Assembly: GCF_964204645.1 (NCBI RefSeq)
Contig: NC_134027.1
Coordinates: forward strand, 5,302,485 to 5,366,484
Direction of reading: 5' to 3'
Source of the DNA: Tubulanus polymorphus
Lineage: Eukaryota > Animalia > Nemertea
Length of the DNA stretch: 64,000 nucleotides
The number at the start of each line of letters is the position of its first letter. Within the stretch, counting starts at the first letter, position 1. Of this stretch, positions 1 to 13,209 are shown piece after piece. The position numbers and the translations under genes were made by a program. The notes under the pieces were generated by a model. The model was given only the letters and a program-made list of their open reading frames with translations. It was not told the DNA's origin and searched no databases.

Positions 1-5
1 TTAAG

Positions 6-568
6 GTAAAAAGACAGGTCCTCTTGAATTCAGTCCACTACCAGATGGAGGTATTGCATATTTTCAATTAGGCTTGTACCTCTGCTTGGTGTACTGTAGC
101 ATTCCTTGATTTACAGAAGTTGATGCTTTGATGCACTTTTTCCTATGCATTATTCTAACCTTTTTAAACATCTCTGCAATTGGAATTGATAATTTGAATG
201 GAAATTGATAGTTGAAAAAATTTGAATGCATGTTGAAAAATGAATATTTGATTTCAGATGAGTCCGGTTTATGGGATGCTTTAGCTATGGCTGATGCTCT
301 TGGCGATGATAACGCAACTGATTCAACTAGTCACAATAACAAAGCCGCCTGTAGTCATCGAATAACACGTAGTCATCATCCTGTAAATGAAGGAGTGGTT
401 TTAATGGACCATATATTTCCTGTAACTAAAACGTTACAGTCAAGTCCACGGAGTAGTCTCGGTGAGCTTTCACTCTCTTTACCGCCTCTGTTGTTTGCTG
501 TGTTTATTCGAAGAATAAAACTATCCCATCTTTTTTTCAGCAACAAAGAAAAGACGGTTAGAACATAA
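6..568 (+). CDS. 3' end (probable last two coding exons, 6-50 and 260-568) of an unidentified gene entering from the left
   Basis: AG|exon|GT at 6-50 (KKTGPLEFSPLPDG) is phase-compatible with the tttcag acceptor at 259, which opens a frame to TAA at 568. AATAAA lies at about 1366. No family recognised. Confidence 0.35.
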
Positions 569-1518
569 AGCACAATAGAAGGGGTAAAACCATCTCTATG
601 AAATGTTTTAGTTAATTTGATATGTAAGGTACACCCCTAACTTAAATGCAAATCAAACATACAGTTAAACTTGGTTCTGTCGTAATCATCACTTCAAGAT
701 GTCATAAAATGTCACTTCATCTCTATTTTTTAGTCTCATTTTTACATGTACATGTATTTCCAATTACATTTACTGAGTGGTAGTCATCACCATAATGATG
801 GTCCCGACTGACAATTTAGGCAAATACTGGTATAATAGCTGTATCTTATTTATTTATAATGTCAGATAACTTATCTCCGAGTGTATGATAATTTTGTATT
901 ATATAATGAAAAGCAAGTGTGTGAACTTTGAAATGACTGTTTTATAATCTATTGCAATGCTTCAGAGTGATTGTGGACTTAAGTGATTTATGAACTGGTA
1001 TAAAGGAAATCAAGTGTATTTTCCTAGATACATGATTAGTTCAAATTGGTAGGTCAATGAAATTAGTCAGAAATACTAATGGTTTCAATATTTCATTGTG
1101 CATTGTCATACCTGTTCCTTTAAAACCTGTTTTACGCTATAGGTTGTCTTCAAACAAGTTTCCTTTTGTAATAGAACAGTTGGCTACCTTTTTATGCATT
1201 TGTGATACAGGCTACTCAGAATGCATGTTTCAGAGCTTCTTGCATTGAATTTTGTGTGATTTAGTTTTTTATTTTATTTTTCACATTGACCATGCAGCCA
1301 TATGTATTATATACATGTACATACACATATAATTGTTTTCTATTTTTAAGCCATAGTTTTACATGAATAAATGAAAAATAGAAATAAGACGTTTTAGAGT
1401 TCTTTATTGTCTAAATGAAGATGTAGATCATGAAATATTGCGGGTTCAAATGGTTGTGGAATGCTTGATTTTCTAAAAGGATCATGATTTTCAAAACTGG
1501 CTGTGCTGCTTTTACTGC

Positions 1519-2000
1519 ACCATAAGGTGCTGCCACTATGAACAGACTCTGGCAATCAACGTGCAGCCTAGGCCTTTTTATGAACACTCGATTAGTATAT
1601 TCGAGTATGCAAAACGTTTTTATGAGCATGGATTATGTCATAATCCGTCATTTTTATGAACATTGGTTATCATAATCGATTAGCATACTCAGCATACTCG
1701 CTCGGCGAGCAAGTATGCCGATTATCTAATCCAACCGATATGGTGTTCTCGGTAGAAGTCGCTGCTGAGTAGGCCATAATTGAATAATTTCTACCTGGCG
1801 TTTTTATCAACCAACATACCCGGTTATGCTAATTGACACTAATCGGCTATATAATCTAAATAGCTAATCTATTTCGATTTTGCTGGTTCATAAAAAGGCC
1901 TACGTTGTGTATAATTGTTGCCCATTGATTGCCAGAGTCGGTTCAGTGTTAGTGTATGAAAGATCCGCTAACGATAAATCTAGCGGCAGCACCAAATGGT
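1519..2000. mobile_element. Nested MITE-like elements: inner 1571-1900 inside an outer inverted-repeat element of about 1519-2000
   Basis: Inner perfect 15-bp TIR GGCCTTTTTATGAAC / GTTCATAAAAAGGCC flanked by TA. Outer inverted arms at 1540-1559 / 1925-1944 and 1519-1538 / 1981-2000. Confidence 0.65.
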
Positions 2001-2950
2001 TTAGCGAAACTGATGATCGATCTCAAGTCGACTGGCTTAAAGCGGCCACTTAAAGTCTAGTGGCCGGCGGTACACCAAGCTCCCTGACGACGTACGATGT
2101 GCAAATCTATAAGTTGCACAAAGAAACGGTTAAAACCGCTTGCGACTGGCGGCAAGGACGTCGCTTGCCGCTACGGGCTGACGACCGGTGCCCCGGACCG
2201 CGCTTACGCGGTGCTGCCCGCGGGTAAAACCAGCCGCTTTTAGATCGAATTAATAATGTTTATCGTAAAAAATACCTCAACCATTTGACCGAATTCGTTG
2301 AATGAAATAAAAATGAATTCCTTGGAAACCTCCTGGAGCCCGATTGGGCTTGAAATGCCAAAACAGATGAAATCGGGTTATCTCCTAAGTCCCACTAACA
2401 TTTACAGTACAGATTCTTGATAACATATATATGACAAATCGCATTAAGGGCAAACGGAGTCAAATAATTGCTTAATAAACTAAAACTAGATTCAGTCTAA
2501 TAGAGAACATATTCCAACAACACTGCATGAGGATCAGTACTTTCAGAAATCAGTAAATCTTGTGATTATTATGTACATCCGTTTAAAACTCTTCCAAATT
2601 ATACACAAAGTCTGATTTTTTAACACAAACATACAAATTCTTACTTTTTACCGCTAAATTATCCACTTACACATTTTGCAATTTTTATTTCTCGAAATTC
2701 AACAAGCAGTGCCTACGCAAGTAGCGCGGTAACCTAAACAAATATAGATGAAATTCCACGAATGTGCTGGCATCGAATGAAGATAAGTTAAACAAGGAAC
2801 TAGATAAAATGTGTAATTAGGACAGATATCTTTAGGACAATCGGCTACTTGATAATATTCCAAATTTAACCAAGTCGTGATATAGAAACTACTTTACCAA
2901 TGGCGATTATAGTTTCGGCTTTATTCTAGATATAATCCACCAGTGAAATA

Positions 2951-5900
2951 ATGGATCTGAACCGCGTGATAATCATCTCAGTCGTGGGAATAGTTGCTTA
3001 TTTTACAGAAATAACTGGTAAGTTAATGGACCTACGGAAAGAATACTTTTCTTCGGGCATGTAATTAAACATAAATCGTATCAACCAAATACTGGTGTGG
3101 CATTTATAACACACATATGAATATGTATACTCTTTCATCACCCGCTTTGATGCAATCAATGCATATGTGCAAATTGAATTGGCACCAACAACATGACATC
3201 TCTTGTAAGAATATTTCGTCGAAAAAGATAAGATTCCCTAATGAAGTAAGTGACTTTTATGAAATAGATTCAAGCGTAATAGACGTGTGTTGTGATTTCG
3301 GCAAACAGTGGTATCGGAGGTCAAACAATGAATGCCCGGTGTATAATGAAATAGCAAAAATACCTGGAGTAGCCGAAACCCAGCAGAACAGTTGCAAGTA
3401 TGTTCATTTTAAGTCAAATGTGACGAGTGCGATCCCATCTTTGGGAACGATCGTCTCTAATGATAAGAACCACGTTCTACTTTGTTTAACTTTTGGTACC
3501 AACTGCAATGTTTTACGTAATCAGGTTCAAAACTAAAACAACAGTTTTGTGGATGTATCAATTGCAGATCAGTGGCGCACGTTTGTTGCTTGAAACAACT
3601 GATGCAAACACGATGTGAACAAGGAGCTGATACGGCAAAATCAGATGGAAGATGTAGGGCCACTCTTCGCACTAAAGACGGTGGTCTGATCATTAGTGTG
3701 AGTTAAATGCTATTAGGTCATATCAATAGGTTCGCATTTAGCGGAATTATACTTGTAAAGATTTCTTATAGATTCTGCTAAATTTGAACCTGAATATACT
3801 TGTAGAAATATTGTCACAATAAATCACAACCATTGCAAAAAGTAAGGAGTATAACATCGTACAACAAGTTTTAACATTGTATTGCGTTGTTGGAATATCA
3901 CATTCCTCCCATGCTTTGACTCATTTTTCTTTGGAAAATGAATTCCGATTGTCAATGCTTCATTTCAAGGAATGCTGCCATTGCTGTAAAGTAGGACTGG
4001 CAGCGAAAAGGGCTGGTCTTTATTGTTCACCGTTACTGGCACCATTGGGGAAAATGTGTGACCAATCGTTCCGAGCATGTTGTGGAGATTCTGCACTTGA
4101 CTTGACAACCGTTGCCCCTCCAAGTAAGTATCAGTTATGGGCTTTATGTGCGATCCAATTAATGGACAAAATGTCCGTCATGTTAATTTTCTCGGTCGAC
4201 GTCTATTTTTGAAATGTAGTAATCTTTTATTTCATTTTGTAGCATTAGCACCCGGTGATATGGACGAATGTAACTTATTCAAAGGGCAACTATGTCAGCA
4301 CAAGTGTATAAATACACCGGCTTCTTATCGCTGCGAATGTAACGAAGGATTTCAATTAAATATCGACGGCATGACGTGTCGTGCAAATGCGCCAGAGAAG
4401 GAAGAAGATAATACGATCATCATTCCCGGCTCGTGTATAGACAATAATCCTTGTGGACATCATTGCGTACAAGTTACCCATAACACAGTGAAATGCTCGT
4501 GTCGAAACGGATATATTCAAGAAGTGACCGCTTGTATTGGTAAGAGCACCGAAATAACGATATAGAATGATTAAATCAACTTTAATTCCAGATTGAAGTG
4601 GTATATGTAATGTTTATTTAGATATTGATGAGTGCGCATCTGATTCGCATCAGTGTCCTCCGGATCAGGTTTGTCACAATACCCCAGGAGCTTACATTTG
4701 CAGACCGACCGTCAACCCTGGATTGAATCAATGTCCTGAAGGCTACACGTTTAATCATGGTACTGGACAGTGTGAATCGACTGTACCCGCTCAGTGCCCA
4801 ACTGGTTTTGCTTTAGTAAATGGAAGATGCGTAAGGTCTGCTCATGTAAACTGCCCAACGGGTACCACATTGAACGAAGCTCAAGGAAACTGCGAAGGTG
4901 ATATAATCAAAGTTTGAATCCAATAAAAGTACCTCAGAATCCAATAGAAATATTTTACATATTACACGTGTCTATATGTACTTTTAGATGTTGACGAATG
5001 TACAACTGATCAGCACAGTTGTACCAAACAACGCCAAACATGTCGTAATACTATGGGTAGTTACGTCTGTCAGTGTACCAGAGGATTCGTGCACAGTTCT
5101 TTAACCCAACAATGCGAAGGTACTGGGAAAAAACCTTTTTAGACAAAGAACTCCACAAGGAATAGGGCATTTTGGAAATAACCAATAATCGTGATATTTT
5201 TGGAATTTTCAGACATCAATGAATGCGCATTGAACCAAGCAGATTGTGTCCAAGGGCAGGAATGTGAGAATACTGTAGGCTCATACGTTTGTACTCGGGC
5301 AACTAACTGTGGCACCGGTTATACCCTTGATCAGGCGACCCAGGAATGCCAAGGTACATTTGTAAGCCTACATACAATCAACATGGTCTAACACATCATT
5401 TTACCTCGACCAAAATACACCTAAATGTTTTTTCCTGCACCGGGCGTGAAATTCTATTGCAGATAATGACGAATGTGCTTTGGGAACGCATAATTGCGGT
5501 AGGGCGTTCACTTGTCGAAATATCCCCGGATCATTCAGGTGTGTGAGGAAGGAATGTCCTCAGGGATATAAACTAGATTTTTCAACTGGAATCTGTGAAC
5601 GAATCATTTGCGAAACGGGATACAAACCTAACAGAATCGGGCAGTGTATAGGTGTGTTAATTGTCCAATTTCAGAAATGAGTAACCCGATCGAAATGTAT
5701 GAGCAATTTCGTCTGTTTATAACTACTGTACTTTACTCTCATATTTCAGACATCGATGAATGTAACGAACCAAGAAACCCTTGTAGTCGGAACCAGATAT
5801 GCGTTAACACGGATGGTTCGTACAAATGTAAAAACCTCATCACTTGTGGAACTGGTTATGAGCTCAATGACGCGGGAAATCGATGCATCGGTTTGTAGAC

Positions 5901-8224
5901 ATTCCACTTTCTTGATCGCGAATTCCAGTAGCGGGTTTCCTGATCCTCTATTGTTTAGCCCTGGTGTTCAATCTTTTAGATATTGACGAATGCAACAGTG
6001 GTAAACACAATTGCGTCGGAAACCAAGTTTGTCAAAATCGACCCGGCACGTTTATCTGTCAGTGCCCGACAGGTTATGAAAAAAATCACAACACACGACA
6101 CTGTGAAGGTAATTGTCAGAATGAATGGAAAACCGATGTAAAGAAAACCTATCTACACCAGACTTCCCTATCTACGTAGCCTAGGATAAACCCAGAGAAT
6201 GGGGTGAATAGTTGTATTTATCTCAAGGAAAAACTAATTCAATTGAATTTTTTTAGATGTGAATGAGTGCGAAAAGTATAGAGGACAGGTGTGCGCCCTT
6301 ACAGCGAATTGTATAAATAATGACGGATCTTATAGATGTACATGTAAAGACGGTTTTCGTACCGCTGGAGATGGCAGAAACTGCATCGGTAATGTTTGAA
6401 TTAAGCCTTATAAACAATAGAAAACCAACATTATTTTATTTCACTGCTATCCGAATAGAATACCGGGAATTGCCCTACACCAACGACTGTCGTAAGTCTG
6501 GGAGTTTTTTCCTGGCGTAACTAACTTGCTAAGTAAAAATTTCGTTTTTAGTTTTTAAGGGGTGCCTATTATATTACATCATATTTTGATTTCAGATATA
6601 AATGAATGTGAGAGACCGGGAACCTGTCAACATAATTGTATCAACTCGTGGGGTTCGTTCCAGTGTACATGTAATGAGGGCTATGAACTAGGCCCTGACG
6701 CTCGCACATGTCGAGGTATTATTGCATTTTCTATTAGATAGATACGGATTTAATTTCCTAAAGTATCGAAACTGATACAAAAGGTTTTGCATATCTTTGA
6801 ATATCTCCTATTGTAAACATTATTCACCAATGTCGGACACGTACGTAAGTCTTGAGTAGATTAAATCGGCGAAATTCTTCCAAGCCTCAGGAGAATAGTT
6901 TTTGTTTTCAGATATTGATGAGTGTAAAGTATGGGGAGGTAGGGGACGATTGTGCGCTGGTATTTGTAATAATAATGACGGCTCATACTCGTGTAGTTGT
7001 CCGGATGGTTATCGTTTACATCCCGATGGAAAAACATGCAAAGGTAAATCTCCATTAAATTGCGAGAATAATGCCCAAATAGCATCAGATATATCCACTT
7101 CTTCAGTAATTGATTGAGTATATATTGAATTGAAAATGAAAGATGTCGCAGTTTTATTTGACCTTAGATTAATTATGATATTTATTGTTAATTTAGTACT
7201 TTAACAATGTATGTTAACTATTGATTTTTTGGAGCACCCCTCCCCCATCATTTGGTTCAGTCTTTAGATTAGGGGTGTCCTCTCAATAGATTATGTGAAC
7301 ATTGTAATTATGTACACGATTTAATATTTATTGAGAAATAAAATTCATACATTCATAAATTCTTATTTTCTGAAAGATATCGATGAATGCACTGCAGGAA
7401 CTGCGAACTGTGTCGGGGAGAACAAGATATGTTTCAACACTCGTGGCGATCACAAGTGTCTGTCCGTTGAGTGTCCGACTGGATTCGTTCGAACCCCAAG
7501 TGCAAATGCCAGAAACAAGTAAGTATCTGTTAAAAAATCTTCTATATATGAATTAATTTGTATCAATGTAATGTGCATGGCTAACTGTTAGATGCTTCCT
7601 GAGAGCTCTCAATGAGGAGACGGGATGATGACGCGAAATTACTAGTTTCATTCAAGTGGGCGACTCTTGATATTATAGGCTAATGAGTCGATGCCGCGAA
7701 GAATAGAATAAGGAATCTGCATTTAGACATGCATTCAATAATCGCAGTTTTTGTAAACCAGTTTTGATTAATTTTTACTCTAAATGCAGATTTCTTTCTG
7801 TTTCTTTCGCAGTAACGTTCGTTGTCAGCGTCGAAGTTTCGTCTGTCCGCAAGGTGATGTGGCTTGTTTGACTGCGCCTCTGTCATATTCGTACACCTTC
7901 ATCACTTTCCCTGAACGTATCCGAATTCCCGCCAATTTGTTCACGATGCGAGGACCAAGCTCACCTCGTCGCCGCCTAGCCTTCGAGTTGAACCTCATAT
8001 CGGCACGTGACCCGTACACGAACGCTAAACGAGTTTCGCGAGATTTTTTTTACTTGAACAAAGTGGGCTCGAACCAGGCCATTATGAGGTTGTTGAGAGA
8101 AATACCAGCGCCTCAAGATGTAGAACTCGAGCTGAAAATGCACATCCGCAGTAATACGAATACATTCTTTGGTACAGCTATCGAGCGAATCTATATATTC
8201 GTGACAAAAAGTGATATTTTCTAA
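2951..8224 (+). CDS. FBLN1: Fibulin (fibulin-1-like), isoform ending in the 1C-like domain III exon 7813-8224
   Basis: Signal-peptide exon [22 protein letters not shown] with gtaagt donor. Anaphylatoxin-like CC modules (DVCCDFG, HVCCLKQ, ECCHCC...FRACC). About 11 exons of cbEGF modules (DIDEC/DINEC/DVNEC). Fibulin C-terminal domain ending [12 protein letters not shown]. Confidence 0.9.
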
Positions 8225-8441
8225 TTAGAAATGTAAACGTTTATCCACTATAAAAATGCACATGTCATGAGAGACGATAACAGTCATATATGTCCCATAA
8301 TGGATTTTTTAATCATTTTGTTCCCTATCAAAGTTACCTAAACTTTGTACTCAAAAGCAAGCATGAGGAATTCTGTAATTATGTATATAGATAATAAACT
8401 GATTCTCATTACCACAGTCTTCTTTGCTTTTTTATTCGTCT

Positions 8442-8679
8442 CAGGGGTGGATACTGAAAAATTGGAAGGCGGCGTGTCCAGAAGAAAAGAAAAAGCATTT
8501 TCATGGTTACTAGCGGGATCCCGCGGTGTTAGATATTTTTTAAGAAATCCATCCGAAAATTTACCGAAAGGATGAGTGTTTCAAATTTACAGATTTTAAC
8601 GAACTCTGTCTAGATGAAAAGGGCAATTTCATTGGGAAGGCAGGGTCTGTCCCAGAGATCTCCTCCTAGATCCGCCTTG
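8442..8679. mobile_element. MITE-like element of a dispersed family with CAGGGGTGGATC...GATCCGCCYTG ends (related copies at about 10536-10642, 37146-37354 and 38283-38520)
   Basis: Imperfect terminal inverted repeats recur at several intronic and intergenic sites. Confidence 0.5.
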
Positions 8680-9053
8680 ATCTGCGTCTGTAAATCCAGC
8701 GTCCGAAAGAAGGCAATTTTGTGATCATAGTTTGGACAAAGCACTTTACAAGATCCAGCAAACTGAAATCTATTTTAGCCTGGTGGCTTCCAAAAGGAAG
8801 GGTTGGTTACAGTCGCGCTTAGTCACATCAATGGATGCATACATCCTATCTATTTTCTACGCGCGAGAAATACCCAATAAGTTGTGTGTATTCTTGTGCG
8901 AGAAAACAAAACAATTGGCCATTGTAAAAAATGTATCAGTATGGTCCGAATCGGCCACTACAATTTTCCATCGTGTTCGGCTTCACTTGCGTAGAACAAA
9001 TAATCAAATGTTATTAATGGTTTATTTTTGATCTATGTATTACTACTTTTTAG

Positions 9054-9578
9054 CGAACAACTGTCGGCAGATGATGGTCTAGTTTGCGGTAAAGCCCAGT
9101 GTCGTCAACACGATATCGACTGTTTGTTGAATCGAACGAATACGGTATCCTGGCAGTTCGTCGCATTACCTTCATTTGCCTATCTACCACAACCATTGAT
9201 CCTGGTCCATGTTCGCACAATTGGGTATTCGGTCTTTCCGAACTTACGCTTTCAGATTACCGATGGAAATCCAGAAGGATTATTTGACGTGATCAAATTC
9301 GGCGATAAAGGTAAAAATAAGTTTTTAAAGCAATGACATCTTAAGTCTTTTTCCGATTGCCTCCCGCTGGTTACCGATACTCCTTTAATCTCTGTACGCA
9401 TATCAAGGTTTCTATTTTGTTTCTGTGATTTGTAGGAGCCGTGAGATTAACTAAGCCAATTGCGGGACCATCCGTGCAGAGGGTTAGGCTGAGGATGGAC
9501 AACAGAAATGCAGCCAATCTTATAGTCTCGACTCATATCGCCTACATCTATGTGGACATATCGAGATATGAATTCTAA
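9054..9578 (+). CDS. FBLN1: Alternative fibulin C-terminal domain III (1D-like), two exons 9054-9310 and 9436-9578
   Basis: The acceptor phase matches the donor at 7518. Translation: EQLSADDGLVCGKAQCRQHDIDCLLNRTNTVSWQFVALPSF...FQITDGNPEGLFDVIK...GAVRLTKPIAGP...YIYVDISRYEF*. Confidence 0.85.
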
Positions 9579-9900
9579 AATGAAACTGATCAGCTTTTTC
9601 CAAAAGAGATTATGTAAAGTCTCTACACTGTAAATAATACGTATTAAATAAAGAATCAAAACCCACTTCGAAGCAGAAATATAAAAGAATCTCATGTATT
9701 CCTATGTAAATTTATTTTATAGCAATAATAAACATGATTCTATTTTAGTCTTGATCACTAAGAAGCACATCTTTTGTTCTAATACATATACCGGTAAATG
9801 TATATTTGATGCACTAGAAATCAAAGAGAATTTTCAGACCCCTCCACACACGCTCTATACTACAAACACGGACACAATGAGGCGCATAATATCACAGCAG

Positions 9901-11484
9901 TTATGGTTGCATTCGTAGAGCACCATCCAATCTGATAACTTCACCATTAAGCAAAGGATTCTCGACTATCATCTGCACAAGATGGCCATATTCATCGGGT
10001 AATCCTAATCTTGACGGGAATGGAATTGTTGATGACAAGAAGTTGCGTACTTTTTCCGGAAGACCAGCCAATAAGGGAGTATCAAATAAACCTGGAAATA
10101 AACGATATACAGTGTAATATATTTTCAAATGTTTCAAATCTATCAGATATATAAATTCTTACCAAATTGAGAATGATTTCATTGAATTCATTCAGGAAAT
10201 ATCAGTTTTTAATGAACAAATTTTATGATATTCATTTGGCATTACTAACCTGGTGCTATAGTACACACACGAATTCCTTGCTTTGCGAAATCTCTAGCAA
10301 TAGGCAACGTCATTCCGACAATAGCTCCTTTACTAGCGCTGTAAGCTACTTGTCCAATCTGTCCATCATAAGCTGCCACAGATGCCGTGTTGACTATAAC
10401 TCCTCGCTGACCGTCAACGTTTGGTTCATTTTTTCCCATCAAACCAGCTGCCAAACGAATCACATTGAAGGTACCAACAGTGTTTACCTGAAATCAGATA
10501 CAATTACATACTCTATATATAATTGAGGTAAATGCAAGGGCAGGTCTAGGAAACTTTGAAGACCTTGGTCCAGAAGAAAAGGAAGAGGCATTTCTTGGAT
10601 AAATCAGCCATGTTAAAGGCCACTAGCAGATCCCACCCTCAGTGTTAAGATTTTTTTCATGAAATTTTGAGAGGAAGAGTCTCAAATTTCTGGACCACTA
10701 TTTGAGATTAGTTCTGTAATGATAGCTCCTAAGGTTTAGCACTCTGTCCAGGTATGAAGACAAATGAAAATCCTTACTGTCAAAACCTTCATAAAATCGT
10801 CTAAGCTGTGAGGAGTTTCTTTGTTAAAGTTGTAAGTTCTATGAGCGATGCCAATTCCAGCACAATTAACAGCGATGTCTAAACGACCAAATTGTTCCTT
10901 TGCTGATGAAAGTGCTGCTAGAACTTGTTCAGTATTGGTGACCTGTGATAGGAAATAAAAGAGTATGCAAATAGTCAGTACATCAAAGTAGCCTGTATCA
11001 AACTGATGTGTATGCAGTTTATGTTATTCAATGTTATCATGGAAACAACTTACATCAGTTGGAACAAATATACATTTATCATCTCCGATTGATTTCGCTA
11101 CTTCATTTCCTTTAGATGCAGGTAAATCACAAACGACAACCTTACATCCTTCCCTCGCAAGTCTTTCCGCTGATGCGCGACCCAGTCCCGAGCCTCCACC
11201 AGTAACCAAACCAACTAAACCCTAAAATATAAAAAAAAAGAACTAATTCAGATCCGTTGCCCGCAATTATTAACCGGTACCGTACAGTGCTGCTATCGGT
11301 TTAAAATCAGATCATTTCTCCTGCCAAAAACATACTAAAACTTTCATTTACTTAATCATAAAGAGGGTATATTTTAATTGATATCATAAGTCTTACGTCG
11401 ATATTGTGATATTTCGGAAATATGTTTTAAACCACACTTTTGAGACATTTTTACCTGCAACTTAGTGATTCTGCCGGCAGCCAT
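9901..11484 (-). CDS. HSD17B10: 3-hydroxyacyl-CoA dehydrogenase type 2 / 17-beta-HSD10 (SDR family, scully ortholog), 5 exons
   Basis: [10 protein letters not shown]|[14 protein letters not shown] (TGxxxGxG), [23 protein letters not shown] (YxxxK), and C-terminus [15 protein letters not shown]. Confidence 0.95.
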
Positions 11485-11981
11485 CTCTTCTAAACCGCAG
11501 TCTCCACACTTCAACTAAAAGTCAAGGTCACTGTAACTACTTATCACAATATCATTGGGCTATCATTGGACTTCGAAAATTAAATCAAATACCACCATGA
11601 ATTATATTTCTTGAAAAATATTAAAACAAAATTTTTATTTGCTTGTTCTTCTAATTTCCAAATGTTATCATCGTCATCTTTACTGTATTCATCCGCGTGT
11701 ACAACGCCCTAACAGTCGCATTATCTACAGAATAAAATATCATATCAAAATAGCATTTCTTATTAATTCTAATGTAATTCATGCTTTCTGAAATAAGACA
11801 ACGCAATATCATTTACTTAATTTTCTTTTAGCGAGGTTGTCAAATGCGCACTATTACGTCATTTACTTCCGCATTCGTTCGTCGTCCATCTTGGAAAATA
11901 CTTCTGTGACACAGTGAAAATTTCTGAATTGTCTGTCATATTTCCCTTCTTTCTTGAGCTCGCCTATTTTCGAGAGTCGAT
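11485..11981. promoter_or_regulatory. Bidirectional promoter region between HSD17B10 and Rab GDI
   Basis: Head-to-head ATGs about 500 bp apart. CRE-like TTACGTCA, ETS-like ACTTCCG and YY1-like CCATCTT cluster at about 11854-11892. Confidence 0.55.
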
Positions 11982-13133
11982 ATGGATGAGAAATACGATT
12001 GCATCGTTTTGGGAACGGGGTTGAAGGTACGTATTTTACGCTCATTATGCTTAAATTGGGGGGTTTAACCAGTCGAAGAGATAAACCCGGCCTCCCCACC
12101 CTCCTGTCGCACTGTCGTCGTCGCCGTCCGGAGGAGTCAGTCATCAGTATCACACTGTCACCTGTCTGTCGGTCAGCACTGTCGCCGCTGGTCAGGATCT
12201 CATTAAATTGAATTCATAGCGTAATACATAAAATTGCACATAGTACATAATTAATGACTACCTACTCACTACTGTCCAAATGTCTTGCTACTGTACTACC
12301 ACGAATCTGAATTGAGTAAGAGTATCGGCACTATCACCCCCAGCCCAGGCTGCCCAGAGAACATTTCCAAAGACGGATTCATTAATGATAAGTTTCTTCT
12401 TTTAGGAATGTATCCTAAGTGGAATGTTATCGAGGTCGGGTAAGAAGGTGTTGCATATGGACAGAAACAATTACTACGGTGGTGAAAGTGCATCGCTTAC
12501 TCCATTGGAAGAGGTAAGCTACTGATTACGATAATGATTACTTACACCTGTTGCTCTTGAAGAGCCGATGATTACAGAATGTAACGTACTTGGAAACAGT
12601 TTCATGTAGCCTGATCGTTTGTTCATTGATCAATTCGGTTTTGCTTATTGCAGCTGTGGAAACATTTTGGGAAAGAAACTGGTGATGCGGACGACTTCCA
12701 AAAGACGTACGGCCGAACACGAGACTGGAACGTCGATTTGATACCGAAGTTTTTAATGGCAAATGGTCAGTGACTTCGAACGATAAACTGACAAATATTT
12801 GTTGAAAAATACTTTTAATAATTTTTTACGAAAAATATTTCAGGACAGTTAGTGAAACTCCTCATCTACACCGATGTCACCAAGTACTTAGAATTTAAGG
12901 TTATCAACGGTAGTTTTGTCTATAAGAATAATAATGGTAGTGGAAAGATCCACAAGGTTCCAGCTGACGAGAAGGAAGCTCTTGCCTCTAGTAAGTGTTT
13001 TCTATGTCCTATTTCTGTGGCATGCGATAAGTGTTGAAAACATGGCCTTTGTTCCGATTTATGATACAAGTGAAGTTACATCGTCTCGTGTCTCGTAAGC
13101 CTGGCTTTGTAAAAAAGGTGACACGTAAATAAA

Positions 13134-13209
<76 letters not shown>

